NCBI GenBank assembly: GCA_964016885.1
Contig: OZ024746.1
Span: 75,454,001-75,518,000, forward strand
DNA from: Eledone cirrhosa
Taxonomy: Eukaryota
Length of the DNA: 64,000 bases
Direction: 5' to 3'
Part shown: in pieces, positions 1 to 14,134 of the stretch
How the letters are laid out: each line of letters starts with the position of its first letter
Position numbering within the stretch: position 1 is the stretch's first letter
The notes under the pieces: model-generated
What the model was told of the DNA's origin: nothing
What the model saw: only the letters and a program-made list of their open reading frames with translations
The model's database searches: none
Position numbers and translations under genes: made by a program

Positions 1-152
1 ACACGACAGAAAGTGATCTCTGACTTGCACTTGAGAGGTTTGATGCCGAGTGCTGCATGACTGAAATGAAAATCAGTACTGAGAAAACTGAGACACTCGT
101 CTTCTCAAGGTAGCCCGCACTCTACATGTGAATGGAGTTGCACTCAAGCAGG
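1..152 (+). mobile_element. RTE-type LINE reverse transcriptase remnant
   Basis: Translates to TESDL*LALERFDAECCMTEMKISTEKTETLVFSR, then (other frame) LHVNGVALKQV, resembling the post-YADD region of non-LTR RTs; in-frame stop. Confidence 0.6.
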
Positions 153-188
153 TAGTTGGTAGAAAATAAGCATCATTATTTTATGAAA

Positions 189-381
189 GGGCGGTGGATT
201 GGCAGTATCGGTAGAGGGTCGGACGCCATGCTTTCCAGCATAGTTACGTCCCTTTACGATCTGAGTTCAAATCCCGCCGAGGTTGACTTTGCCTTTCATC
301 CTTACGGGGTCGATAAAATAAAGTACCAGTAATGTACTGGGTAATTGCTGGCCTTGTGCCAAAAGTAGAAACAATTATTTT
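189..381 (+). mobile_element. tRNA-headed SINE (dominant family in window), full-length copy
   Basis: Box-A-like TGGCAGTATCGG, box-B-like GAGTTCAAATCC, central GCCTTTCATCCTTACGGGGTCGATAAAATAAAGTACC, tail AGAAACAATTATT; flanked by the duplication ATTATTTTATGAAA; about 20 related copies in window. Confidence 0.85.
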
Positions 382-470
382 ATGAAACAATTATTTTATA
401 TAAAAATGATTTCTGCAGGACAAGAAATATTTCAAATTTCTTAATTCATATTTCATACATATAAAATATA

Positions 471-597
<127 letters not shown>

Positions 598-601
598 ATG
601 T

Positions 602-732
602 ATAACAAAGAGGGTGTGGTAAGATACCAGGTGGACCATAACGCACCAGGGTACTCGATACTTGGAGTAGTAGAGTGGACTATATCTGTCGAAACGGCCA
701 GAGCTCAGCCGTCAGGATCCTGAATCTTTTCA
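602..732. mobile_element. Family A short PLE-like element (rearranged copy)
   Basis: Matches family A tail (ATAACAAAG..GGACCATAACGCACC) joined to an inverted GAAACGGCCAGAGCTCAGCCGTC segment; between microsatellites. Confidence 0.6.
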
Positions 733-743
733 TATATATATAC

Positions 744-801
<58 letters not shown>

Positions 802-803
<2 letters not shown>

Positions 804-957
804 GATATTCCGGGTTGAATCGGAGGTAACCACAGTAAGTAAGGTACTCAATACATTGCAGAGTATAAAAGTTTTAATATAGATGAGATTCTACAGGACT
901 AGAACTGTTTCATTCTTTAGAAATCATCAGGAATCAGATTCCTGATGATTTCTAAAG
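802..957 (-). mobile_element. Family B short PLE-like element with HHR-like motif (890-935) and short inverted duplication
   Basis: Minus strand reads CTGATGA-TTTCTAAAGAAT-GAAAC-AGTTCTA-GTC-CTGTAGA; near-identical to 12141-12213 and 39291-39475. Confidence 0.65.
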
Positions 958-1000
958 ATTAATCTTAACCATTTAACATCTCAGGGTATGTCATGTATCA

Positions 1001-1061
1001 TTATATTTTGTCTGATGAGGACGTACTGTTGTACATCCGAAATATGTATAATAAAATGTAA
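1001..1061 (+). ncRNA. Minimal type I hammerhead ribozyme
   Basis: Stem I TTATATTTTGT/ATAAAATGTAA (2 G-U), CTGATGA, stem II GGACGTAC-TGTT-GTACATCC, GAAA, short stem III TATGTA, AUA site. Confidence 0.8.
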
Positions 1062-1091
1062 GTGATCAAAAGAACATCTATTTTATTAATA

Positions 1092-1161
<70 letters not shown>

Positions 1162-1317
1162 ATATGTATGAAATTTGAAGTAAGAAATTTGAAACTCTTC
1201 TAGTCCTGTAGAAATTATTTCTATGTAAAATAACGATGCTTATATTCTACCAACGTATTGAGAACCTTCTTTAACTGTGGTCACCTCCCGACCCCCTTCG
1301 GGAATCTATTATACATA

Positions 1318-1351
<34 letters not shown>

Positions 1352-1392
1352 CATATACATATATATATATATACATATACATATAAAACATA

Positions 1393-1443
<51 letters not shown>

Positions 1444-1911
1444 ATATACATATGTGTATATATATATAAATCTTGGTGGCGGGTAGGTCCAAAGGGTGTC
1501 TGCGTCTGCACCTAATACCCTTAGAGGAAACATCATACATGCTATCAAGTCATACTCGATTGCGAGTGACGGCTGAAGTAGATCTACATATAAATATATG
1601 TGTCTGTGCAGCGTGTGTATCTGTGTGTCTATCTATATACAAATCAATCTCTCTACGTAACCATATATATATGTATATGTGTGTGCGTGTGTGTGTGTGT
1701 GTTTCAGTAGTTCAGCATCTACTGAGGAGGTGGTGGTGCTGGTGGTGGTGATGGTGGTGGTGGTGGTGGTGGTGGCAGATTTACTGTGAAGGGAAACAGT
1801 TGTAAAAATATTGATAGTATAAACAAGAAATAAAACTGTTGGAAAGTTGGAGTTAATGAGTTGGATCGGGGGGATGTTTACGTGGCGGGAATGGCACATA
1901 TAGATAGAACG

Positions 1912-1980
<69 letters not shown>

Positions 1981-1983
<3 letters not shown>

Positions 1984-2060
1984 GTCGTCAAGTATGAAAT
2001 TTGTAGAAGTTTGTTTGTTTTACTATAAATTTCTACAAATTTCATACTTGACGACCTAAT
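1981..2060. mobile_element. About 80-bp Tc1/mariner-type MITE (hairpin)
   Basis: Inverted arms GGTCGTCAAGTATGAAATTTGTAGAA / TTCTACAAATTTCATACTTGACGACC with TA flanks; second copy at 40471-40555. Confidence 0.65.
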
Positions 2061-2062
2061 AA

Positions 2063-2109
<47 letters not shown>

Positions 2110-2650
2110 TCGTCTGATCGGGCTAAGGAAATGTTTTCCAATGGTCTTTCCATTATTCGTAATTCTCGTGAAAAACAACAACGTGAAATGAAGTGTATTG
2201 GTCAAGAACACAATGCGCCATGGGATTCGAACCTACTTCCTGAAGATCCTTCTTCTTACGCCTAAACAACTATTGTTGTTATTTCTTTTCAGTTTATCCT
2301 TTCTCTATTAATATCTGAATATTTTCGAGGTAGGGTGACGTGTATGTTACAACCACTTTTGTAGAAGCCTTCCAAAAAAATTAGATAAATAAATAATTAA
2401 ATAAAATAAGTAAATTAAATAAAATAAAAAACTAAATAAAAATAAATAAATAAATAAAATGAATAAATTAATTAATTAAATAAAATAAAAATTTTTTTTT
2501 TTAAATAAATAAATAAATAATTAAATAAAATGAATAAATAAATTAATTAGATAAAATAAAAAAATAAAATAAAAAAATAAATAATTAAATAAAATGAATA
2601 AATAAATTAATTAAATTAAATTAAAAATTAAATTAAAATAAATAAATGAA

Positions 2651-3082
2651 TAAATAAAATTAAAAAATGAATAAATAAATAAAGTAAGAATAAAAATGAC
2701 GTCACTACGATGGCGACCATGCCTGCAAATATTTTCGAAAAATATCTGGCAGTAAAAAAAATGTTTCTTTAAAATCTTTTTCTTCCTCCATAAACACGAG
2801 ACCGGAAACATCCAATTTGGGAATTAATTTGGTTAATTTTTCTAAAGCTGGTGAACTCTTAAAAACACGTTTGTGGCTTGCTGCTCCAAATAATGATTTC
2901 TAGTATAGGCACAAGGCCAGTAATTTTGAGGGCGGGGAAAGTCGATTAAATTGACTCCAGTGCGTGACTGGTACTTTATTTTATCGACCCCGTAAGAATG
3001 AAAGCAAAGTTAACCTCGGCGGGATTTGAGCTCAGATCATAAAGGGCCGTAATTCTACCGATACTGCCAATCCACCGCCCTA
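2651..3082 (-). mobile_element. Composite SINE plus about 230-bp 3' extension (copy 1)
   Basis: Near-identical to 56700-57162, including the non-SINE segment GACGTCACTACGATG...GCTTGCTGCTCC. Confidence 0.75.
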
Positions 3083-3109
3083 ATAATGGCAGTAATAATA
3101 ATAATAACG

Positions 3110-3932
3110 GCTTCTAATTTAAATACAAGGCCAGTAATTTTATTTGATGTGACTAAGTCGGTTACATCGACCCCCCCAGTACTTTACTGGTACTTTATTT
3201 TATTGATCAAAGAAAGCAGAAAGCAAAGTTAACCTTTGGTGGATTTGAACTCAGAACATAAAGAGTCGTAACTAAATACCGCAAAGCATTTTGTCCGTCG
3301 CTCTAACGATTCTGCCTATTCACAATAGTAGATTCTGATTTAGGTACAAGGACGGCAATTTGGATGAATTAGCTAAATCGATTACACCTAGATACCACGG
3401 TAGTAGTAGTAGTAGTAGTAGTAAGAACAATATAATTCTTGTACTAAAGTGTAAACAACAAGGAATACAAACGAACGTAAATTAATATAGATATTTATTG
3501 GAGCTGAAAACGTTCAGGGATACGATATAATATAGTTTCATCTCATGGATTATAGGGGAGAAATCATTGATAAAACTTTGGAGGGAGAGTAACAATGACG
3601 GTGGAAAGTGGGAATAGGGAAGACATTTTTAAGGGGAAGTAATTGCAAAGATGACGGGAATAGTCAGTGTTTGGTGAGATTACCCATGTTGTCGGTTGAA
3701 CTATTGGAGCAATATCTAATAGTTATATAAATGAAATGAAATAATTGTTTCTACTATTGGCACAAGGCCAGCAATTATCCAGTACATTACTGGTACTTTA
3801 TTTTATCGACCCCGTAAGGATGAAAGGCAAAGTTAACCTCGGCGGGATTTGAACTCAGAATGGCAAGGGCCGTAACTCTATGCGTCAAAGCATGGCGTCC
3901 GACCCTCTACCGATACTGCCAATTCACTGCCG
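3110..3932 (-). mobile_element. Cluster of SINE copies (about 3110-3320, 3745-3932)
   Basis: Reverse-complement matches to the 189-381 SINE. Confidence 0.75.
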
Positions 3933-3965
3933 CATGAAAATACATGAAATAATGATTTCTTTAAT

Positions 3966-4200
3966 GTAAGTGGAACCTCAACAGCACAAAAAACAAGAGC
4001 TGTTAAAAGGATAGATGAATTCCTCAGAGACAACGACCATCCACAATTATGGGTTAAATTGCATCACCAACCTGCAATTGGCCAAGCGTAGTAGGTACAC
4101 CTACACCTGACAAGACCAAAACCAAACAGAAAACGGTGGTGGTTAACCAGGGACGAGTTCCTCCAACAGGGGAGAGGAGGCCCTGGATTGGATTGGAATG
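3966..4200 (+). mobile_element. Probable LINE 3' end with (GGATT)n tail
   Basis: Homologous to 40717-41270, which ends in a similar GCCCTGG..GGATTGGAATG tail. Confidence 0.5.
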
Positions 4201-5342
4201 ATTTCTTTATTTATTTTTTTATTTCTTAATTATTTATTTGAAATAATACAATAAAATACAACTATAGCTTTGTTTTTTGTTTTTTTAATTAGTCTTTATT
4301 GTCTATATATTCTATATTTTGTTTACTGACTGACTTATTTATTGATCGATTTATTTATTTTGTAAATGTCTAGGATCGATGATAAGTTAATGATTCTATG
4401 AAGAGAACGATGTTCTAAAACGTTTGGGCAATTCTGATCTAAAGAAACGAATATAAAATATTAAGACACATGTGAAGACTTTAATTTAAGTAATCAGTAA
4501 ATAGTTTAATAGAAAGAAATCAGTTCTGTATATATGTAAACATTTAACTTCTATCACACAAAAGAAATTTCAGTACATTTTCTTCTATACTATGAATATC
4601 TTAATCAGTTAAGCCAGCAGAATTTTATCATGGAGATGTAAATATTCTTCTATTGTTTTAGAATAAAGTTTTCAAAATATTTTCTTCTCGTGCTTTTAAT
4701 ATAAGTTAACTCGTGTGCAGTTTCTGGACCTTTCTTTCTGTATGCATACACACACACACTCACAAATACACTTACACCTTGGTAACTAACATTCCTTTAA
4801 TCGTAAATTGAACACTATTTCTTTGATATTAGTTCGATTTCTACGTATTTTTGTATTTATGTCTTTGTTATATGTATAACTAGTCAGGTTGAGAGCTTCG
4901 GCACAGATTCAACTATTTGAATTTTACCAAGAGTGTGTTAATTCCTAATGGATGAATTGTATGTGCCTCCTCCTTAGAGGGTTACGTGATTTTACCACAG
5001 TTTTTGAGGCTGCTGTCACTACCACTGTGAAAGACCATATTGACTCTGGCAGTCATAAGATTTTTCTAATCTTTTGAAAACATTGAATGACTTCTCTATG
5101 CAGCAGTTGAAATTGCATCGGCTAATGTGAGACGTGGTAATGAAACTGTTACAGTTCGGAACATTATAGATGTTCGCACACTAATATCGTCTAACTAGTG
5201 TTTAACGTATTGTGTGCACTCTGAATTGCGGATTCGTATTTACAACCTGCGATTTCTGTAAATTCATCGAGTGGATGCAGAGTGGCTGTGGTATACGTAT
5301 TCTAGACGGATAACTTATACTTTATATATATATATATATATA

Positions 5343-5520
5343 TGTAGGAGGTGATTTAAAACTGCACTATCCACAAGTGCTTTTTAACCTTCATATCATG
5401 TCTTCCTATTTTATCTGATGAAAACACAAATATTATTGCATGATGATATTTGTTTTTGAAATGCGCATATTAAAATACATGGAACTCTTTTAACCATCTT
5501 TTGTTCTTATATATTATATA
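5343..5520 (+). mobile_element. Family D short element containing HHR (5407-5477)
   Basis: TATTTTAT-CTGATGA-long stem II-GAAA-TGCGCA-TA-TTAAAATA; copies at 18351-18550 and 38772-39036; flanked by (TA)n. Confidence 0.75.
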
Positions 5521-5530
5521 TATATATATA

Positions 5531-5678
5531 TAACGAAGGAAATGTGGACCATAACGCACCAAAGTACTCAATACTTAGGGTAGTAGAGTGGGTAATAGGA
5601 ACGAGTAGGACCCCGACGGCTGAGCTCAGAATTAGCCGTCGAAACGGCTTGAGCTCAGCCGTCGGGGTCCTACTCGTT

Positions 5679-5682
<4 letters not shown>
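5531..5682. mobile_element. Family A fold-back element in (TA)n
   Basis: Inverted arms TAGGAACGAGTAGGACCCCGACGGCTGAGCTCA plus one-sided tail. Confidence 0.75.
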
Positions 5683-5748
<66 letters not shown>

Positions 5749-6290
5749 TCATCATCATGGCTTGGCTTCGCGAACGAAGATTAGAAACCGGGTAATCTAG
5801 GTTGACTGCAGGTACGCTCGTGGCTGTTCAGGCAGATACGGGACAAGCAGGCCAGGCATTACCACAATGGCTGCAGCTGAAGGTTTGGTCAGGGTTTGAT
5901 GACATGGTGTTGTGGTTCTTCCTTCTTGAGGGTAGCTATGGGGATGTTTTCGAAGGAGGAGACAGCATTGTTGATGCTGATATACCACGCATCACGGTTC
6001 TCAGCTAGAATAGACCACCAGCGATGGTCGATGTGACAGGCACCAAGGGATTTTTTCAAACAGTCCTTGTATCGCTTTCTTAGCTAGTGGAGAGTTCGCT
6101 GTAAATCGTGATCCTTGGCAGCGTAGTTTGGGGCTTCAACAGCATGTTGGTAACCTCCGCCCATTCAAGGACATCAACATTGATGACGAGGTCGTCTCTC
6201 CAGTGGATGTTGAGGATGGTGTGGAGGCTGCGCTGGTGGAAGTGCTCGAGAAGTCGAAGGTGGGGGCCATAAGTGACCCACGATTCTGTA
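5749..6290 (-). mobile_element. RTE LINE 3' fragment (degenerate)
   Basis: Minus-strand pieces EHFHQRSLHTILNIHWRD, KRYKDCLKK, zinc-finger-like FSCSHCG..CLSRICLNSHERTC and (ATG)n tail. Confidence 0.75.
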
Positions 6291-6332
6291 TATATGTATG
6301 TGTGTTTATAAATATATATATATATATATATA

Positions 6333-6528
6333 TAGGAAAATGTTAAACCCCGACGGCAGAGCTCAAGCCATTTTGACGGTTATTTCTGGACTGAAATAGC
6401 CGTCGAAACGGCTTGAGCTCTGCCGTCCGGGTTTAACATTTTCCTATTACCCACTCTACTACCCTAAGTATTGAGTACTCTGGTGTGTTATGGTCCATCT
6501 GGTCCCTTACCACACTTCCTTCGTTATA
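6333..6528 (+). mobile_element. Family A fold-back element (variant arms TAGGAAAATGTTAAACCC)
   Basis: Inverted arms plus tail ending TTCCTTCGTTA. Confidence 0.75.
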
Positions 6529-6544
6529 GAGAGCGAGAGAGAGG

Positions 6545-6610
<66 letters not shown>

Positions 6611-6987
6611 TATATATATATACATACATACATACATACATACATACATACATTTGTGTGTATGCGTGGGCGAGCATAAAATGCATGTTTGTAGGCATGT
6701 GTCTATACATATATACACAAATACACATACGAATTCAGAGGTTAGTCACGTGAGTTGTATAGTTTAACATTGGAATTCAAGATAGCGTGGGTGGAGATGT
6801 ATCTGAATGTAAAAAGCATAGCTGTGTGTTTACACGAATGTATATTATTGCGTATATTTATTTTTGCATTTCTATGCATCTTTGTATATGTGATCTTCTA
6901 CATAGTTATGTAACTGTGTGTCTGTGTATATTTGATTCTGTGTTTCTGTCTATGTTTGAATATGAGTATGTGTGTGTAAGTATGTGT

Positions 6988-7084
<97 letters not shown>

Positions 7085-7243
7085 GGTATGTGTGTCTGTG
7101 TGTTTATTATTCTGTATATATATATATGCGTTAGCCTGTGATGGGTGGGTGTAGGGAGCAAGTTTTTTTTTCATTCACACGAGTGTATAAGTGTCTAAGC
7201 GGGAATATCTTTTTATAGGTTATATATAAATATATACGTATAT

Positions 7244-7276
<33 letters not shown>

Positions 7277-7283
7277 AGTATAA

Positions 7284-7356
<73 letters not shown>

Positions 7357-7364
<8 letters not shown>

Positions 7365-7577
7365 TAACAGATTAAAGTTTAAGCAAAGAATCGCTGCTTT
7401 CACCCTTAACGGGATCTTCTGAAACTCGTTTCAGAAGATCCCGTTAAGGGTGAAAGCAGCGATTCTTTGCTTAAACTTTAATCTGTTATTTTAATAAATA
7501 TTTGCTCTACGGTTCTTATATATTTGATATATATTTATCCTTATCGAGCCCTCTTTAGTCTTCAAATTGATTATTAC

Positions 7578-7578
<1 letters not shown>
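7357..7578 (+). mobile_element. About 69-bp inverted repeat plus tail; PLE-like fold-back element
   Basis: 7357-7425 is the reverse complement of 7428-7496; right arm has HHR-like CAGAAGA-TCCC-GTTAA-GGGT-GAAA; flanked by (TA)n. Confidence 0.6.
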
Positions 7579-7657
<79 letters not shown>

Positions 7658-7872
7658 GTGCCCAGAACAAGGGCGGTGTGCCTCATAATGGCGTCAGCCG
7701 GATGGCTGGAAGAGGTAAAAGAGTAAAAGAGTAACAGAGTAATACAGGACGTAAGTATGTGCAGTATTTTCCTATATATAATACATATACATACATATAT
7801 ATATAATACATATACATACATATATATATATAATACATATATAATATAATACATATACATATATATATATAT

Positions 7873-8009
7873 AGTCCAGAATTAGCCGTCGAAACGGCTT
7901 GAGCTCAGCCGTCGGGGTCCTACTCGTTCCTATTACCCTCTCTACTACCCTAAGTATTGAGTACTTTGGTGCGTTATGGTCTATCTGGTTCCTTACCACA
8001 TTTCCTTCG

Positions 8010-8012
<3 letters not shown>
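7873..8012 (+). mobile_element. Family A element (single arm)
   Basis: AGTCCAGAATTAGCCGTCGAAACGGCTTGAGCTCAGCCGTC...TTCCTTCGTTA in (TA)n. Confidence 0.75.
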
Positions 8013-8064
<52 letters not shown>

Positions 8065-8337
8065 CATGAGTGTGTGTGAAGGCATGTATGTACATATATA
8101 TGTGTTGATGTTATGTATATGTATGTCTATATGTTTGTGGTGTTATATATATAATTGATAGTGTGTATCACAAGATGTTTGGGACTGGATGTTTATGAAT
8201 GAACTTCTGCACACATATACACATATGTACATTCATACATATTTATATGTATATACATACACATATATACCAAGGGTAACATGTAAATGTAGGACTATGA
8301 TTATATATATGTACACACACACACACTCATACACACT

Positions 8338-8379
<42 letters not shown>

Positions 8380-8672
8380 TATATTGCCCCCAAAACGTAG
8401 TTATGAGTACGCACACGTGTGTATACATATTTACATAGTCGGTTATACGTGAGTATATAACTTTACAGTTATGTTCCTTGCTCTCTTAATGTGAAAGGGA
8501 GTGTGTATGTGTTTGTATGTGCGTTCCTAAGTGTCTATATATGTTTGTGTGTATATGTTTGTGTGTATGCGTTTGCATGTCTGTGCATATGTGTGTTTAT
8601 GTTTGCGTGTATATGTTTATATTTATATGTATGTGTATATATGTCTCTCTCTCTCTTCGCGTCGGTGTGTAA

Positions 8673-8705
<33 letters not shown>

Positions 8706-9121
8706 TCGTGTGTGTGTGTATGTGTGTGTGTGTATGTGTGTGTGTGTTCGCGTGTGTGTGTATGTGTGTGTGTGTATGTGAGTGCGTGCGTGTGTATGTG
8801 TGTGTGTGTTGCATCTTACATTCCTTGACTTTCCCCTCAGAACATAGAATAACGTTTTCCAGCTGGGAATGTGTAATGGCATCTTTGTGTGGGGGAGGAT
8901 GATGGCGGAGGCGGCAGTGGTGCTGGTGGTGGCGATCGTGATGGTGATGGTGATGGTAGTGGTACTTGTTATGATGATGGTGGTAGTTGTGGTAGTTAGG
9001 ATGGTGTGCCGCAACTTTGTATATTAGAGTATGTATGAATATATATTTTTATATGTTTACGTGTGTATGTGTTTGTCCATTTATATATATATAGAGAGAG
9101 AGAGAGAGCTATATATATGCA

Positions 9122-9212
<91 letters not shown>

Positions 9213-9366
9213 TTGTGTGTGTGTGTGCGAGTGCATGACTGCATATGTCTGCGAATTAATGTGAGTGCAACGCCAAGAGAGGCAAAGAATTTTGCATAGC
9301 AATCACAAAATCTGGGTTCGATCCAACTGCAGGGAAATTTGAACTGAGTAAATGGAATGTGTCTGG

Positions 9367-9440
<74 letters not shown>

Positions 9441-9452
9441 TAGTCTTAATAA

Positions 9453-10045
9453 TAATTGTTTCTACTTTTGGCACAAGGCCAGCAATTATCCCAGTGTATT
9501 ACTGGTACTTTATTTTATCGACCCCGTAAGGATGAAAGTCAAAGTTAACCTCGGCGGGATTTGAACTCAGAACATAAAGGGCCGTAACTCTTTTTTGCTA
9601 CAAAGCATGGCGTCCAACCCTCTCCCGATACGATGATGATAATGGTTTCTAATTTTGACACAAGGCCAACAATTTTAATCAACGTACTTGACTGATACTC
9701 TTATTTTATCGACCCCCAAAATGATGAAAGGCAAATTTGAACTCAGAACATAAAGAACCAGAAAAGATATTGCTAGGCATTTGTCCGACGCTCTAACGAC
9801 TTTGCAAATCCATCATCCAAATAATAATGGTTTCTTATATAGGCACAAGGCCAGCAATTTTGGTGGGAGGGGAAAGTCGATTAAATTGATCCCAGTGCGT
9901 GACTGGTACTTTATTTTATCGACCCCGTAAGCATGAAAGGCAAAGTTAACCTCGGCGGCATTTGAATTCAGATCATAAAGAACCAGAAAAAATATCGCTA
10001 GGCATTTGTCCGACGCTCTAACGACTTTGCCAATCCAGCACCCTA
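9453..10045 (-). mobile_element. Three tandem SINE copies
   Basis: Reverse-complement matches to the dominant SINE. Confidence 0.75.
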
Positions 10046-10514
10046 ATAATGATAATATTTTTTTTTTCCTTTTGTAAGGTTTCTCAAGAAATCCGTTGCT
10101 AGGTAAAGCGTATTAATTGACCTCAGATCAATCCCTGACCTCAGAGGCTCAATATATCACGTAAGATCCTGGCAATGTTAGTGATGGTAGAAATTGGGAC
10201 ACTGTCTATAAATTCGGGGATCTCAAAGCTTTTGATAGAAGACGTAAGGCGTTTAGAGACTGAGCCTAGCGCCCCAATGACGTTAGCATATGTTTTATCT
10301 CTACATTGTGCTCTGTTGTAATAGCACCAGCAAGCTCTGCATACTTATTGATTTTTGTCATTTCCTTTTCAGCTACATTTTCACCTTGAGGGATAGTAAT
10401 ATCAATTATAGCCCATTTTTTGTGGAGGGTTTACAACAATATCAAGACGGCTGTGTTGGACTTTGTGGGCTTGAGCTCAAGATCCCCAAATGACGCTACT
10501 CCCTCACTAGATAA

Positions 10515-10819
<305 letters not shown>

Positions 10820-11202
10820 AGTGTGTGTGTGTGTGTGTGTGTGTATTCACACATCTCTAGATTTCTCACTGTGATGAAACACTTAACGATTTTTAAAAAA
10901 AACCAAGGATACATTTGATATTGTAGTTCTAGGTCTCAATCAAAGATGGGATGGTCACGGCTGAGCCAGAGTTGACAACAGCGACAAAACCATTGTGGCA
11001 GCAACATAGGACCAAGTGAGTGATTCTCTACATATGCATTGAAAGTACAAAAAAATAACAACCAAATCTCCCTCAAAACCAAAGATGCACTATTTAATGG
11101 ATTGGATGGTCATATTTGGGACGTCTTTGATGATAGGTCTGCTGAATCACACCCATCCTTGAGTCAATAGCAACACGAACATGAACAATATAACATTATT
11201 AT

Positions 11203-11590
11203 TGGCTGTGAATTGGCAGTATCGGTAGAGGGTCGGACGCCATCCTTTGCAGCATAGTTACGTCCCTTTACAGTCTGAGTTCAAATCCCGCCGAGGTTAA
11301 CTTTGCCTTTCATCCTTACGGGGTCGATAAAATAAAGTACCAGTAATGTACTGGGTAATTGCTGGCCTTGTGCCTAAAGTAGAAACAATTATTATACAAT
11401 AGTGGATTGGCAGTATTGGTAGAGTGTCGGATGCCATGCTTTGGCGCATAGAGTTACGGCCCTTGCCATTCTGAGTTCAAATCCCGTCGAGGTTAACTTT
11501 GCCTTTCATCCTTACGAGGTCGATGAAATAAAGTACCAGTAATACACTGGGATAATTGCTGGCCTTGTGCCTAACGTAGAAACAATTATT
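11203..11590 (+). mobile_element. Two head-to-tail SINE copies
   Basis: Match to 189-381; each ends AGAAACAATTATT. Confidence 0.8.
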
Positions 11591-11811
11591 ACACAATAGT
11601 GTTGCTGTTATACACCTCTCATCCGCAACTTCCTGTCAATTATGGCAGGATATGAATTGCCTCTTCTCGCCCCACCCGTCAGCCACCCGCTACTGTACTG
11701 TTAATCTCGAAACTGTCCCGAAACTCTCCCTATCACTCATTGCTCATATCTTCTGCAATCTTAAAGACGTTTTTTTCTTTCCTTCGTCTCACCTCTACTG
11801 TCTTACTCCTC

Positions 11812-12145
<334 letters not shown>

Positions 12146-12161
12146 TTAATATAGATGAGAT

Positions 12162-12213
12162 TCTACAGGACTAGAACTGTTTCATTCTTTAGAAATCATC
12201 AGGAATCTGTAGA
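12162..12213 (-). ncRNA. HHR variant (family B) with 4-nt insert before the core
   Basis: TCTACAG-attc-CTGATGA-TTTCTAAAGAAT-GAAAC-AGTTCTA-GTC-CTGTAGA; 7-bp stem I. Confidence 0.6.
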
Positions 12214-12256
12214 GGTGTGCATAAGTGTATGTATGTGTGTGGAAGTATTACGCATG

Positions 12257-12310
<54 letters not shown>

Positions 12311-12488
12311 TATGTATGTATGTATATGTAAACATATCCATCCATCCGTGTATCCTTAATTTCTGATTGAGTCGGAGGGGCGATGTAGAGATATGGACAT
12401 TTAAGAAGAAAAATCGACCTTATTATTGGACGACAAACGGATGTAAAACTAAGTTAACCTCAACCAATTTGCCGCCACACACACACGC

Positions 12489-12579
<91 letters not shown>

Positions 12580-12600
12580 TGTATATATATATATATATAT

Positions 12601-12631
12601 ATAACAAAGGAATTGTGGTAAGGAACCAGAG

Positions 12632-12682
<51 letters not shown>

Positions 12683-12906
12683 CGCGTATATGTGTGTGTA
12701 TATATATATATAACAAAGGAATTGTGGTAAGGAACCAGATGGACCATATCGCACCAGAGTACTCAATACTTAGGGTAGTAGAGTGGGAAATAGGAAAAAG
12801 TATGACTTCGACGGCAGAGCTCAAGCCGTTTCGACGGCTATTTCTGGACTCCAGAAATAGCCGTCGAAACGGCTTGAGCTCTGCCGTCGGGGTCATACTT
12901 TTTCCT
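12601..12906 (-). mobile_element. Family A fold-back element plus a 30-bp orphan tail piece at 12601-12630
   Basis: Arms TAGGAAAAAGTATGAC..; tail ATAACAAAGGAATTGTGGTAAGGAACCAGA is present twice. Confidence 0.7.
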
Positions 12907-13928
12907 ATATATATATAATCTGAGCATACGCATATATATATATATATATATATATATTATCTGAGTATAAGCATATACATATAACATATGTGTTTATCCA
13001 CAGATGCATATAGATCTGTGTGTGTGTGTGTGTGTGTGTATTATATAAGTATACACATATATGCTCACAGACATGCATACATATACCTTTTTTCCCGCTC
13101 TTTGATATATATCTGTACACATACATACATACACACAGAAGACATAGACATACACATATTTGAACCTACGTTTACATACGGACGTACATAACATGACTTA
13201 TAGCCACACACATATGTACATATACACATAACCACACATATACATACATGTCTTCGTACATATCTACTCTCTAACACAAATGCACTCCCATATACTCACT
13301 GTCACTCACACTAGACTAAACACTTCCCACAGAAGCTAACTATACTCTCTCTCCCTCTCTCTCTAGCTCTCTCTCCCTCTCTCTCCCACTCTTTCTCTCT
13401 CTCTGTCTCTATCTCTCTCTCTCTCTTGTTACTGAACAGTGTTACATGTCCATTTTTTTTGTTTCATTTGCAAAACCTTTTATTTCTGAAGTAATATTTA
13501 ATAAGTATTTAATAAGTGTATAAACACAATTTATGAAGTATAAATATAGAACTGCCCTGTCGCCCCAGATGCCCCCCCCCCCTCAGTTTCGACAGTGAGC
13601 ATTCAGTTGTTCGATCAACCGAACGTCCAGCTCATGAATTAACGTACGATTATGCCTTCCCCAGACACGTGTACCCATCACACACTTATATATATATATA
13701 TATATATTCATTTAATTTATTAATTTATTGATATTTTATTTGAGTGACCCGAATCTTCCTGGTCGTTCTTTTTCGGCTGCACGGGTGATTTTAGGCATGA
13801 TCTCTATGTGTTGGTAATTTAACGATGGTTATAGCTCTGATTTATCCAAATTATTGAGCCCTCTGCCACATATGTCGGATATTGTTTATCGTGATTTCGT
13901 GGGCTGATATTCCGATTCTCGATTATTC

Positions 13929-14033
<105 letters not shown>

Positions 14034-14087
14034 CATACATACACACACACATATATATATACATACACACATATATATATATATGTA

Positions 14088-14133
<46 letters not shown>

Positions 14134-14134
14134 T

